Assembly: GCA_964419935.1 (NCBI GenBank)
Contig: CAYQQJ010000015.1
Span: 17,478 to 81,477 of the forward strand
Direction of reading: 5' to 3'
Length of the DNA stretch: 64,000 bases
DNA from: an uncultured Cellvibrionaceae bacterium
GTDB lineage: Bacteria > Pseudomonadota > Gammaproteobacteria > Pseudomonadales > Cellvibrionaceae
Shown here: piece by piece, positions 30,291 through 38,488 of the stretch
Layout of the letters: each line of letters begins with the position of its first letter
Numbering within the stretch: position 1 is the stretch's first letter
Made by a program: the position numbers and the translations under genes
Notes under the pieces: generated by a model
Told to the model about the DNA's origin: nothing
Databases searched by the model: none
Seen by the model: only the letters and a program-made list of their open reading frames with translations

Positions 30291-30540
30291 AAAAGAGATA
30301 GGTAAAAGCAAGGGAAAAGGGAAAAGGGAAAAGAACAATGCGGCTACAACAACCACTTCACCAGCTATTCTTCCCTAGTAGGTCGAAAAAGCCGTAGGCG
30401 CCTTCCGACATTGGCACGTCGGATGGCGCTTGGGCTTACTTCGACCTACTGTGATAAACCGTTTTCCTAGCTTATCGCTTGCGGCTTGGAGCATGTAGCT
30501 CTTACTTTTCCCTTTTCCCTATCTCTTGAGCTTGCAGCTC
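30291..30540. repeat. composite nested-palindrome repeat, copy A
   Basis: AGAGATAGG plus (GGGAAAA)x3 at 30294-30333. Back-to-back inverted REP-like units occupy 30378-30409 and 30418-30449. Degenerate GCNNNAA heptamers follow, then (TTTTCCC)x2 plus CCTATCTCT at 30505-30526, then GAGCTTGCAGCTC, which overlaps the radC stop. Confidence 0.7.
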
Positions 30541-31219
30541 AAATCCACCCCCTCTCCGCAAAAGACACCGCGTCGCCCTCGCCGATCACCAGATGATCCA
30601 GCACCCGAACATCGACCAAACTCAGGGCATTGCACAGGCGGTCGGTAATACTGCGGTCGGCCTGGCTGGGCTCGGCAACGCCGGAGGGGTGATTGTGGGC
30701 AAAGATGACGGCGGCGGCGTTGTGAGCCAGGACAGTTTTGACGACTTCGCGGGGATAGACGCTGGCCCCATCGATAGTGCCCTGGAACAGCTCCAGAAAG
30801 TTGAGCAGGCGATGCTGATTATCCAGCAGGAGCGCGCAGAAGACTTCCTGCTGGCGATGTCGCAACTGCTGGGTGAGGTAGGCGCGCACCGCCGCAACGC
30901 TGGTGAGCGCATCCCGCTGCTGCAGTTGTTCGGCCAGATGGCGTCGCGCCATTTCCAGCACGGCTTGGAGCTGGGCGTATTTCGCTGCTCCCAACCCCAT
31001 GGCGCCACAGAATTCGGATTGAGTCGCCTCCAGAAGCGCCCGAAGACTGCCAAAGCCAACCAGAAGGTCCCTCGCCAAATCCACCGCCGACTTGCCGGCG
31101 CAACCGGTGCGAAGGAAAATTGCCAGAAGCTCCGCATCCGATAAAGCACCAGCACCGCGACTCAGTAGTTTTTCCCGTGGCCGCTCTTCTGCGGGCCAAT
31201 CCTTAATTGTCATAATCAC
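30539..31219 (-). CDS. radC: RadC-family JAMM-motif protein
   Basis: 226 aa with [19 protein letters not shown] and JAMM motif HNHPSG. Confidence 0.9.
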   Translation of the reverse strand: MIMTIKDWPAEERPREKLLSRGAGALSDAELLAIFLRTGCAGKSAVDLARDLLVGFGSLRALLEATQSEFCGAMGLGAAKYAQLQAVLEMARRHLAEQLQQRDALTSVAAVRAYLTQQLRHRQQEVFCALLLDNQHRLLNFLELFQGTIDGASVYPREVVKTVLAHNAAAVIFAHNHPSGVAEPSQADRSITDRLCNALSLVDVRVLDHLVIGEGDAVSFAERGWI

Positions 31220-31469
31220 TATCCATGTTGTGCGCTATTGTGTATGTTAGCGAGCTCGAAGCGATCAAATAATGTCCGCAGGCCCCATCTGTTGCCTGGG
31301 CTGATTCGCCCTTATCCCTTATTTCAGCTGCGTTTCGCGCCACAACCGGTAAGGGAAGGAGATGCGCGAGAAGCAACCGCGTATTTTTATCACACTCATT
31401 GTTGAACAGCTACCCATTGATCCAATACCAGTAGAATAATGACTGGTTAAACAGCTCAGGAATCCCAGC

Positions 31470-32504
31470 GTGAAAGTAACAATTCATGACGTGGCGAAAC
31501 GTGCAGACGTTTCAATCAAAACCGTTTCACGGGTCATCAATAACGAACCCTCCGTACGTGCTGCAACTCAGGAAAAGGTTCTCGAGGCGGTAGCGGCGCT
31601 GAACTACCGCCCCAATGCGGCGGCGCGCAATCTGGCGGGCACCCATTCCTATGCCATTGCCTACATCTATGACAACCCCAATGCCTATTACGTCATTGAC
31701 ATGCAAAACGGCATTCTCGCCGCGTCCAAAGAAAAAGGCTATGAACTGCTGATTCACCCCTGTAACGCCAAAGCGGTGGATATCTGTGACGAAATCAAAC
31801 AGGTAGTTGAGCGATCCCGCGCTGCGGGTATTGTGCTGACCCCACCGTTTTCCGAAATGCAAGCAGTTATTGAAACCCTGGAGCAGCTCAATGTTCAGTT
31901 TGTCCGTATTCTTTCCGGCGGCGAAACTGCAAAGGAAGACACCCTCAGCGTGTTCATCAATGATCATCAGGCAGCTTACTCCCTGACCCAATACCTGATT
32001 GACCTTGGTCACCGCGACATCGCATTTTTGTGTGGGGCAGTGGAACACAACTCCAGTAACGAGCGCCTGCAGGGCTACCTGGCGGCACTCAAGGACAACA
32101 AGATTCAGGTCAACAAGCGCTACATTCTCGATGGCGACTATTCATTCGAGTCCGGTGTTAACGGTGCCAAGCGGCTGATGGGTGCCGGCGATCGCCCAAC
32201 GGCAATACTGGGCGCAAACGACGAAGTCGCTGCGGGGGCACTGTTCGCGTCGCGTCTGATGGGCGTTGCCGTACCGGAAGAGCTGTCCATCGCCGGCTTT
32301 GAAGACAGCCCCTTCTCCCGCCAGACCTGGCCCCGATTGACCACGGCCCATCAGTCCAACAAGTCGATTGCCGAACACGCCACGGCGTTGCTTCTCAACC
32401 GGATTCGCCAGAAGGATGCGGCCGCCAGGCGCAGTATCAGCAAGAATATTTTCAATCCGGAACTGGTCATTCGGGAATCAACGGGCGCCGCACCCGACCG
32501 TTAG
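31470..32504 (+). CDS. nagR: LacI-family transcriptional regulator, probable GlcNAc-utilisation repressor
   Basis: HTH TIHDVAKRADVSIKTVSRVIN plus a periplasmic-binding-protein-like effector domain. Adjacent to nagA and nagB. GTG start. Confidence 0.8.
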   Translation: MKVTIHDVAKRADVSIKTVSRVINNEPSVRAATQEKVLEAVAALNYRPNAAARNLAGTHSYAIAYIYDNPNAYYVIDMQNGILAASKEKGYELLIHPCNAKAVDICDEIKQVVERSRAAGIVLTPPFSEMQAVIETLEQLNVQFVRILSGGETAKEDTLSVFINDHQAAYSLTQYLIDLGHRDIAFLCGAVEHNSSNERLQGYLAALKDNKIQVNKRYILDGDYSFESGVNGAKRLMGAGDRPTAILGANDEVAAGALFASRLMGVAVPEELSIAGFEDSPFSRQTWPRLTTAHQSNKSIAEHATALLLNRIRQKDAAARRSISKNIFNPELVIRESTGAAPDR

Positions 32505-32543
32505 TCCCTGGGGGGTTTACAAATGGTTATTTTTAAGCCAGAA

Positions 32544-32557
32544 TGACAACGCTGTCT
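32544..32557. promoter_or_regulatory. candidate LacI-type (NagR) operator upstream of nagA
   Basis: TGACAACGCTGTCT is a near-palindrome with a central CG, about 90 bp upstream of the nagA ATG. It closely resembles the perfect palindrome at 37057-37070. Confidence 0.5.
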
Positions 32558-32587
32558 TTTTTCGGACGGGCTCTCCACGCTAGTTTA

Positions 32588-32615
32588 GGCCCCTGAACTT
32601 CAGGGGCCATTTTTA
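32588..32615 (+). terminator. terminator-like hairpin between nagR and nagA
   Basis: GGCCCCTGAA-C-TTCAGGGGCC followed by ATTTTTA. Lies 84 nt after the nagR stop and 30 nt before the nagA start. Confidence 0.5.
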
Positions 32616-32644
32616 AACCAGTCCCCACGCAAGGCCACATTCTC

Positions 32645-33799
32645 ATGATACAAGCAGTCTCCGGCGCCACCATCTTCGACGGAACCGGATTTATCGAGCG
32701 ACAGGCTTTAGTTATTAAAGACGGCTCCATCACCGAAGTGATAGCTGAAAATCAATTGGATCCCACCATTCCACATCATGTTCTGAACGGCGGCATCCTG
32801 GCGCCGGGCTTTATTGACTTGCAAGTCAACGGCGGTGGCGGTGAATTGCTCAACAACAACCCCTGCCTCGATGCGGTAGCGGCTATGGTCGATGGCCATC
32901 GCCAGGGCGGTACCACTGGTATGCTGCCCACGCTAATCAGCGATACTCCCGCCCAGCATCGCCGCTGCGTGGAGGTTGTCAGTGAAGCCATCGCCACCGG
33001 TATGCCCGGCGTACTCGGCATCCATATAGAAGGGCCATTTTTCGACCAGACCCGCCGCGGCGTACATAATCAAGCCTATATCCGCACCATGGAGCAGACG
33101 GATATCGAGTGGTTGTGCAGCCTGAACGGCTATCCGGTCATGCTCACTCTGGCGCCTGAGCACACGCAACCGGGGCAAATAAAACTGTTAGCGGAAGCCG
33201 GTATTATTGTGTGTGCCGGTCATACCAACGCCAGCTATGAATCCGTTACTCGCGCTCTGGCTGAAGGCTTGCGCGGCTTTACCCACTTGTTCAACGCCAT
33301 GAGCCAATTGCAGGGCCGTGAACCCGGCGTTGTCGGCGCAGCACTGGAAGACCGCAACAGTTGGTGCGGCATCGTAGTTGACGGGCACCATGTTCACCCC
33401 GGCTCGGTGCGCCTCGCCCAGCTTTGCAAACCCGAGGGCAAACTTTATCTGGTCACTGATGCCATGGCGACGGTCGGCTCGAGCAGCAAGAGCTTCGAGC
33501 TCTATGGCGAAACCATCAGCGAACAGGATGGTCGCCTGGTCAGTGCCGAAGGGCGATTGGCCGGCAGCGCCATCAGCATGATGGATGCAGTGCGCATTAC
33601 TACCAACCTGGTTGGCCTGCCCCTGGAAGAAAGCCTGCGCATGGCTTCACTGTATCCGGCACAGATGCTGGCCGTGGACGTCAACAAAGGCCGTATAGCC
33701 CGGGGCTACGACGCGGATCTGGTTCATTTCAGCGACGACTTCCGGGTTCTCGACACCTGGATCAAAGGCGAACACCGCTCCCACCAACCCTCTGTTTAA
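32645..33799 (+). CDS. nagA: N-acetylglucosamine-6-phosphate deacetylase
   Basis: 384 aa amidohydrolase with [12 protein letters not shown] and the conserved GHTNA and FNAM motifs. Confidence 0.95.
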   Translation: MIQAVSGATIFDGTGFIERQALVIKDGSITEVIAENQLDPTIPHHVLNGGILAPGFIDLQVNGGGGELLNNNPCLDAVAAMVDGHRQGGTTGMLPTLISDTPAQHRRCVEVVSEAIATGMPGVLGIHIEGPFFDQTRRGVHNQAYIRTMEQTDIEWLCSLNGYPVMLTLAPEHTQPGQIKLLAEAGIIVCAGHTNASYESVTRALAEGLRGFTHLFNAMSQLQGREPGVVGAALEDRNSWCGIVVDGHHVHPGSVRLAQLCKPEGKLYLVTDAMATVGSSSKSFELYGETISEQDGRLVSAEGRLAGSAISMMDAVRITTNLVGLPLEESLRMASLYPAQMLAVDVNKGRIARGYDADLVHFSDDFRVLDTWIKGEHRSHQPSV

Positions 33800-33809
33800 G
33801 TTGCTAACA

Positions 33810-34604
33810 ATGAAAGTTGTCATTCTTGAAAATGCCGAAGCTGTTGCCGCCTATGGTGCCAACATCTTCATTCAACAATTACAAACGAAAGCTGACAGTG
33901 TTCTTGGTCTTGCCACGGGCTCAACACCGGTTGCCCTTTACCGGAACCTGATCGAAGCCTGTGCTTCCGGCGCGGTATCCTTCAAGCAGGCGCGGAGCTT
34001 CAACCTGGATGAATACTTGGGTTTGTCCGGCGATCATCCCCAGAGTTACCGCTATTTCATGGATGAAAAACTTTTCAATCACATCGATATCGATCGCGGC
34101 AACACACATATACCCAACGGTGAAGCAGACAATCCACTGCAGGCCTGTGCAGACTACGAAGCGGCCATCAGGGACTGCGGCGGTATTGACGTGCAGCTAC
34201 TGGGCTTGGGCCGCAACGGCCACATCGGTTTCAATGAGCCCTCTTCGAGCCTCGGCTCACGCACTCGGGTCAAAACACTTACCCGAGCAACAATTGAGGA
34301 CAATTCGCGGTTTTTCGAAGCAGGAGAGTTTCAACCTCATCTGTCAGTCACCATGGGCATTGGTACCATCATGGAAGCACGCCGTATCGTCCTGTTGGCG
34401 ACCGGTGCCAGCAAAGCTGAGCCTGTAAAAGCCATGGTGGAAGGCCCGATTACCGCCAGCTGCCCGGCCTCAATTCTGCAGATGCATCCGGCCGCGACTA
34501 TCATCATCGATGAAGATGCTGCTGCCGACTTGGCAGACAGGGACTTTTTCAAGCACATAGAACAGGAAAATCGCGCGCTATTGGATCGCCTGAGCGCCGA
34601 CTAA
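33810..34604 (+). CDS. nagB: glucosamine-6-phosphate deaminase
   Basis: ATG at 33810 ([10 protein letters not shown]). Motifs [15 protein letters not shown] and [13 protein letters not shown]. Confidence 0.95.
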   Translation: MKVVILENAEAVAAYGANIFIQQLQTKADSVLGLATGSTPVALYRNLIEACASGAVSFKQARSFNLDEYLGLSGDHPQSYRYFMDEKLFNHIDIDRGNTHIPNGEADNPLQACADYEAAIRDCGGIDVQLLGLGRNGHIGFNEPSSSLGSRTRVKTLTRATIEDNSRFFEAGEFQPHLSVTMGIGTIMEARRIVLLATGASKAEPVKAMVEGPITASCPASILQMHPAATIIIDEDAAADLADRDFFKHIEQENRALLDRLSAD

Positions 34605-34631
34605 AAGCGGGAACACTTTTCAGAACCTCCC

Positions 34632-34667
34632 AAAAAAGCCCTTTAATTCGCATTAAAGGGCTTTTTT
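34632..34667. terminator. bidirectional intrinsic terminator (nagB / nagX convergent)
   Basis: A6-GCCCTTTAAT-TCGC-ATTAAAGGGC-T6: a perfect 10-bp stem flanked by an A-run and a T-run. Confidence 0.8.
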
Positions 34668-34700
34668 GCATACCCGAAATTTGAATGGGCGATCTGGTTA

Positions 34701-35804
34701 TCAGATTTTGATAAAGATATTTTTGCGATAGAGAAGGTAGGCGACTACCCAGAACAACAGGACGTGAGCGCCTGCGAACAGAACCGAGGCGACATAGGGG
34801 TTCCCCACCAGAGCCAGGCAAACGTGGTAGAGAAAATCGTAGGCGTTCATCGCCTTGCCATCAAAACTCAAGGTCACCAAGAAGTAACAGCTCACCCAGA
34901 GCGCCGACAACGCGTAGATAAACAGCGGGTTCATCCCGTAAATCTGCAGGGGACGCATCAGCTTCGAACCTTGCGCACTGCTGCATACAGCCACGAAAGC
35001 GGCTAACACCACCAACGCCCAACCCGATGTTACGAGCACAAATGAACTGGTCCACAGGCTTTTGTTGATCGGCAGCCACAGGCTCCAGATGTGCCCGACG
35101 ACCAGAAGAACCCCGCCCGCGAGAAGCAAACTGCGGGTTTGCTGACCGGTGCCGCTCATCTGCATTATCCAGCGGGTAGCTAAAAAGCCCGCCAGCACAT
35201 TCACCATCGCCGGCAGAGTACTGAGCAAGCCTTCCGGATCAAAGGGCACGCCTTTCCCGGTCCACAGATGGTTATCACCAAGCAAGATGCGATCGACCAC
35301 GGTCACGACGTTGTGCTGAATGCTGAACGCATCAGCGGCGCCGACTGTGTACAACAGTGCCCAATAACCCAGCAGAATGACTGCGATGGCTACATACAAC
35401 AAACGGTCCGACAAATAGAAAACCGCCAGGGTCGCCAGGCCGTAGGCGAGGGCAATACGCTGCAACACACCCATGATGCGCAATTCGCTCAGCGGTGAAG
35501 TAAAGGGAAAGGCCTGTAGAAACAGGCCAATGGCAAAGATGATGGCGACCCGCTTGCCCAGTTTGAGCAGCGCATCTTTACTCGGGCTGTAGTCAAAGCG
35601 ACGTAGCGCGAAGTACATGGCGGCGCCGACAATGAACAGGAAAAACGGAAAGATCAGGTCGGTCGGTGTATAGCCGTGCCAATCCGCATGGGCCAGAGGC
35701 GCATACAGGTATCCCCAGGAACCCGGTGTATTCACTAGAATCATGGCGGCAAGAGTCAGGCCGCGCATGGCGTCCAGGGCAATGCTGCGTTGGGGTTTAT
35801 TCAT
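34701..35804 (-). CDS. nagX: DUF5009/DUF1624 membrane acyltransferase-like protein (NagX-type)
   Basis: 367 aa polytopic protein with DAMRGLTLAAMILVN and WHGYTPTDLIFPFFLF. Co-located with the nag genes. Confidence 0.7.
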   Translation of the reverse strand: MNKPQRSIALDAMRGLTLAAMILVNTPGSWGYLYAPLAHADWHGYTPTDLIFPFFLFIVGAAMYFALRRFDYSPSKDALLKLGKRVAIIFAIGLFLQAFPFTSPLSELRIMGVLQRIALAYGLATLAVFYLSDRLLYVAIAVILLGYWALLYTVGAADAFSIQHNVVTVVDRILLGDNHLWTGKGVPFDPEGLLSTLPAMVNVLAGFLATRWIMQMSGTGQQTRSLLLAGGVLLVVGHIWSLWLPINKSLWTSSFVLVTSGWALVVLAAFVAVCSSAQGSKLMRPLQIYGMNPLFIYALSALWVSCYFLVTLSFDGKAMNAYDFLYHVCLALVGNPYVASVLFAGAHVLLFWVVAYLLYRKNIFIKI

Positions 35805-35888
35805 TCTGGCCTCGCTGGGATCGGCGTTATTGTTTGAGCGGTGTTTGCAGTCCCACTGGTTGGTGCACCCAGGCCAATCATTCGGACC

Positions 35889-36800
35889 TTACGGGTAGGC
35901 GGCTTTTTTTTCAGATTGCCATTGCTGCTGGGCAAACAAAATGGCACCTGCTTCGGGCTGGGCCAAGGGTGCAACCATAGCACTGGCAACCGTTGGTTTG
36001 AGCCAAGGCTTCAGCAATGGCCCCAAGCCTCCAAGAATGCAAAGTCGTGGCGGATTGAAGGCCAACAGCTTTTCGCCAAGCGCGCTGATGTAGTCAGCGC
36101 CTTCCTGCACGATCGCACAGGCGACCTCGTCGCCAGCATGAGCCTGCTGCAAGACAGCCGGAGCAAGTCGACCGTACAGCGCCGAGGGTGCGCCGGTGAG
36201 TTTCTCGATGATACCCAAGCCTTCAGCATCGAGAACTTCGCTGATCGCTCCGCCAAGGGTTGTGCTGGGGCCCAGGTTGTCGAGTGAGAGTAGCACAGCC
36301 TGCACAGCTTCCAGGCCCATCCAGGCACCGCTGCCTTTGTCACCAATGGGAAAACCGTGGCCACCAAACATGGTGCTTCGATCACTCCGGTGAATATAGC
36401 CGCAGGATCCGGTACCAGCAATGATTACCGCGCCATAGCCGCCACCATGGGCGCCCAAGCAGGCAATATGGAGATCAGTTTCCAGGAACATTTGCCGGAA
36501 TGGGTGCTGCCAGTTAATCATATCCTGATACAGTCCCGGCAGATTCACACCAGCCAGCCCCATACCGGCAACCGTATTGGCGAGGATCGACTCGTCGCGA
36601 CCCGCATCCCGCACCGCCAGCGTCGCTGCATCCACAATGGACGTGAGCGTTTGCTGCATCCCATGAAACGGGTTGGCGGGGCCGGACACGCCTGTGCCCA
36701 GAATCTGGTTATCGCTGGACACCAACCGCGCCTTGCACTTGCTGCCGCCGCCGTCGATGCCCAAAAAGAAAAGCTCGTTATCATTTACACGAGTCGTCAT
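35889..36800 (-). CDS. nagK: N-acetylglucosamine kinase (BadF/BadG/BcrA/BcrD ATPase family)
   Basis: 303 aa with the ASKHA phosphate-1 motif LGIDGGGSKCKARL and a later AGTGS motif. Confidence 0.8.
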   Translation of the reverse strand: MTTRVNDNELFFLGIDGGGSKCKARLVSSDNQILGTGVSGPANPFHGMQQTLTSIVDAATLAVRDAGRDESILANTVAGMGLAGVNLPGLYQDMINWQHPFRQMFLETDLHIACLGAHGGGYGAVIIAGTGSCGYIHRSDRSTMFGGHGFPIGDKGSGAWMGLEAVQAVLLSLDNLGPSTTLGGAISEVLDAEGLGIIEKLTGAPSALYGRLAPAVLQQAHAGDEVACAIVQEGADYISALGEKLLAFNPPRLCILGGLGPLLKPWLKPTVASAMVAPLAQPEAGAILFAQQQWQSEKKAAYP

Positions 36801-37056
36801 AAACCACCTTAATTAGAAACTCTATCACTGCCAGCTGACGCAAGGTAACCGGTTACGGAATTCGATGCTGTCCCGGCGAAAACTGCGCATATCATTGAGA
36901 ATCGCTATGTTAGACGGTGTCGCCCCTGCAGATGAAGCATCCACAAATTATCCAGAGCTACCGTTTCAGCGATCGGCCATAGGCCCATCCCGGCATCCAC
37001 CTTGCACTTATGCATCGCCTGTACCAGCGTGGCGCATGCGTAAAGGTAAACATTTA

Positions 37057-37070
37057 TGACAACGTTGTCA
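37057..37070. promoter_or_regulatory. candidate LacI-type (NagR) operator, perfect palindrome
   Basis: TGACAACGTTGTCA is a perfect 14-bp palindrome with a central CG. It lies 257 bp upstream of the nagK start and 145 bp upstream of the coaBC start. Confidence 0.5.
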
Positions 37071-37214
37071 ATCCCTTACCGATTGACCTGAAGGGGTATC
37101 GCTTATCGGTCTTTTACGTAAAATGGTATCTTTCACACCAAGTGCGTGACATGCCTTCACTTTCAAACGGATATCGCCTTGAACACAACCATTACGCCAG
37201 ATCCTGCCGGCCAG

Positions 37215-38417
37215 ATGCGCCTGCAAAACAAGCGCATACTTTTGGGCGTTAGCGGAGGCATTGCCGCCTACAAAAGCGCGGAGCTGATCCGTCGCCTCAA
37301 GGACCTTGGAGCAGACGTACGCGTAGTAATGACGGCGGCAGCACAGGAGTTCATCACCCCCCTCACTCTGCAGGCACTATCGGGAAACAGCGTGCATACG
37401 GATTTGCTCGATACCGCCGCGGAAGCCGCTATGGGTCATATTGAACTGGCCCGCTGGGCGGACCTGATATTAATCGCGCCCGCCACCGCAGATTGCATCG
37501 CGCGCCTGGCGCAGGGGCGGGGGGACGACCTGCTGACAACCCTGTGCCTAGCGACCCGTGCAACACTGGCAATCGCTCCGGCCATGAATCAAGCCATGTG
37601 GCACAATCAGGCAACCCAAGACAACCTCGCGAGGCTACGCGAACGCAATGTTGTGCAATTTGGCCCCGGAGACGGCGGCCAGGCCTGCGGCGAAACCGGC
37701 CTCGGCCGCATGCTGGAGGCGGATCAACTGGCGCAGCTATGTGCCGGCGTTTTTGCCACAGGCAGCCTGAGTGGAAAAACCCTGGTCATCACCGCAGGTC
37801 CCACCCGTGAAGCGATTGACCCGGTGCGCTACATCAGCAATCACAGCTCCGGCAAAATGGGCTACGCCCTCGCAGCTGCCGCGGTTGAAGCCGGCGCTCG
37901 CACGATTCTCATCAGTGGACCCACGGCGCTACCACCCCCGGATCACGTCACGGTGGTACCGGTTACCAGCGCCCGCGATATGCATGACGCTGCCATAACC
38001 CATGCCGCCGATTGCAACATTTTTATTGCAGCCGCCGCCGTTGCCGATTACCGTCCCGCACAGGTTGCCACACAGAAAATCAAGAAGGGCTCGCAGGACA
38101 CAATGTCTCTGAATCTGGTCAAAAACGTGGACATTGTGGCCGCTGTCGCACACTTGCAGCCGAAACCTTTCACCGTGGGCTTCGCAGCGGAAACGGAAAA
38201 CCTGCTTGCGAACGCACAGCGTAAACTCACCGACAAAGGTCTTGATCTTGTCATCGCCAATGACGTCTCCAATCCCGAGATTGGCTTCAATAGCGACGAC
38301 AATGCGGTAATACTGGTGGATCGGAAAGGCAGCGTGACACTGGAGCAACGCGACAAGACACAGCTGGCGCGGGATCTGGTGGCGCACATCGCCACGCTCG
38401 TCAACCGACCGAACTGA
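37215..38417 (+). CDS. coaBC: bifunctional phosphopantothenoylcysteine decarboxylase / phosphopantothenate-cysteine ligase
   Basis: ATG at 37215 (MRLQNKRILLGVSGGIAAYKS). Flavoprotein N-domain plus a CoaB C-domain (ISNHSSGKMG). Confidence 0.95.
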   Translation: MRLQNKRILLGVSGGIAAYKSAELIRRLKDLGADVRVVMTAAAQEFITPLTLQALSGNSVHTDLLDTAAEAAMGHIELARWADLILIAPATADCIARLAQGRGDDLLTTLCLATRATLAIAPAMNQAMWHNQATQDNLARLRERNVVQFGPGDGGQACGETGLGRMLEADQLAQLCAGVFATGSLSGKTLVITAGPTREAIDPVRYISNHSSGKMGYALAAAAVEAGARTILISGPTALPPPDHVTVVPVTSARDMHDAAITHAADCNIFIAAAAVADYRPAQVATQKIKKGSQDTMSLNLVKNVDIVAAVAHLQPKPFTVGFAAETENLLANAQRKLTDKGLDLVIANDVSNPEIGFNSDDNAVILVDRKGSVTLEQRDKTQLARDLVAHIATLVNRPN

Positions 38418-38488
38418 CGAGCACGCAGTGACGCTCAACGCAAACGACCGCAAGACACCATAACAACATCAGCGAGCAGGAACGCCCA

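Noticed and set aside
30410-30426. TGGCAC in the centre of repeat A as a possible sigma-54 promoter.
   Set aside because: The downstream GC element is not at the required GG-N10-GC spacing, and the sequence is simply the loop between two REP-like units.
36865-37252. Two small ORFs (64 and 80 aa) in the nagK-coaBC gap.
   Set aside because: They have no Shine-Dalgarno sequences and odd composition, and they overlap each other and the coaBC leader. They were treated as non-coding.
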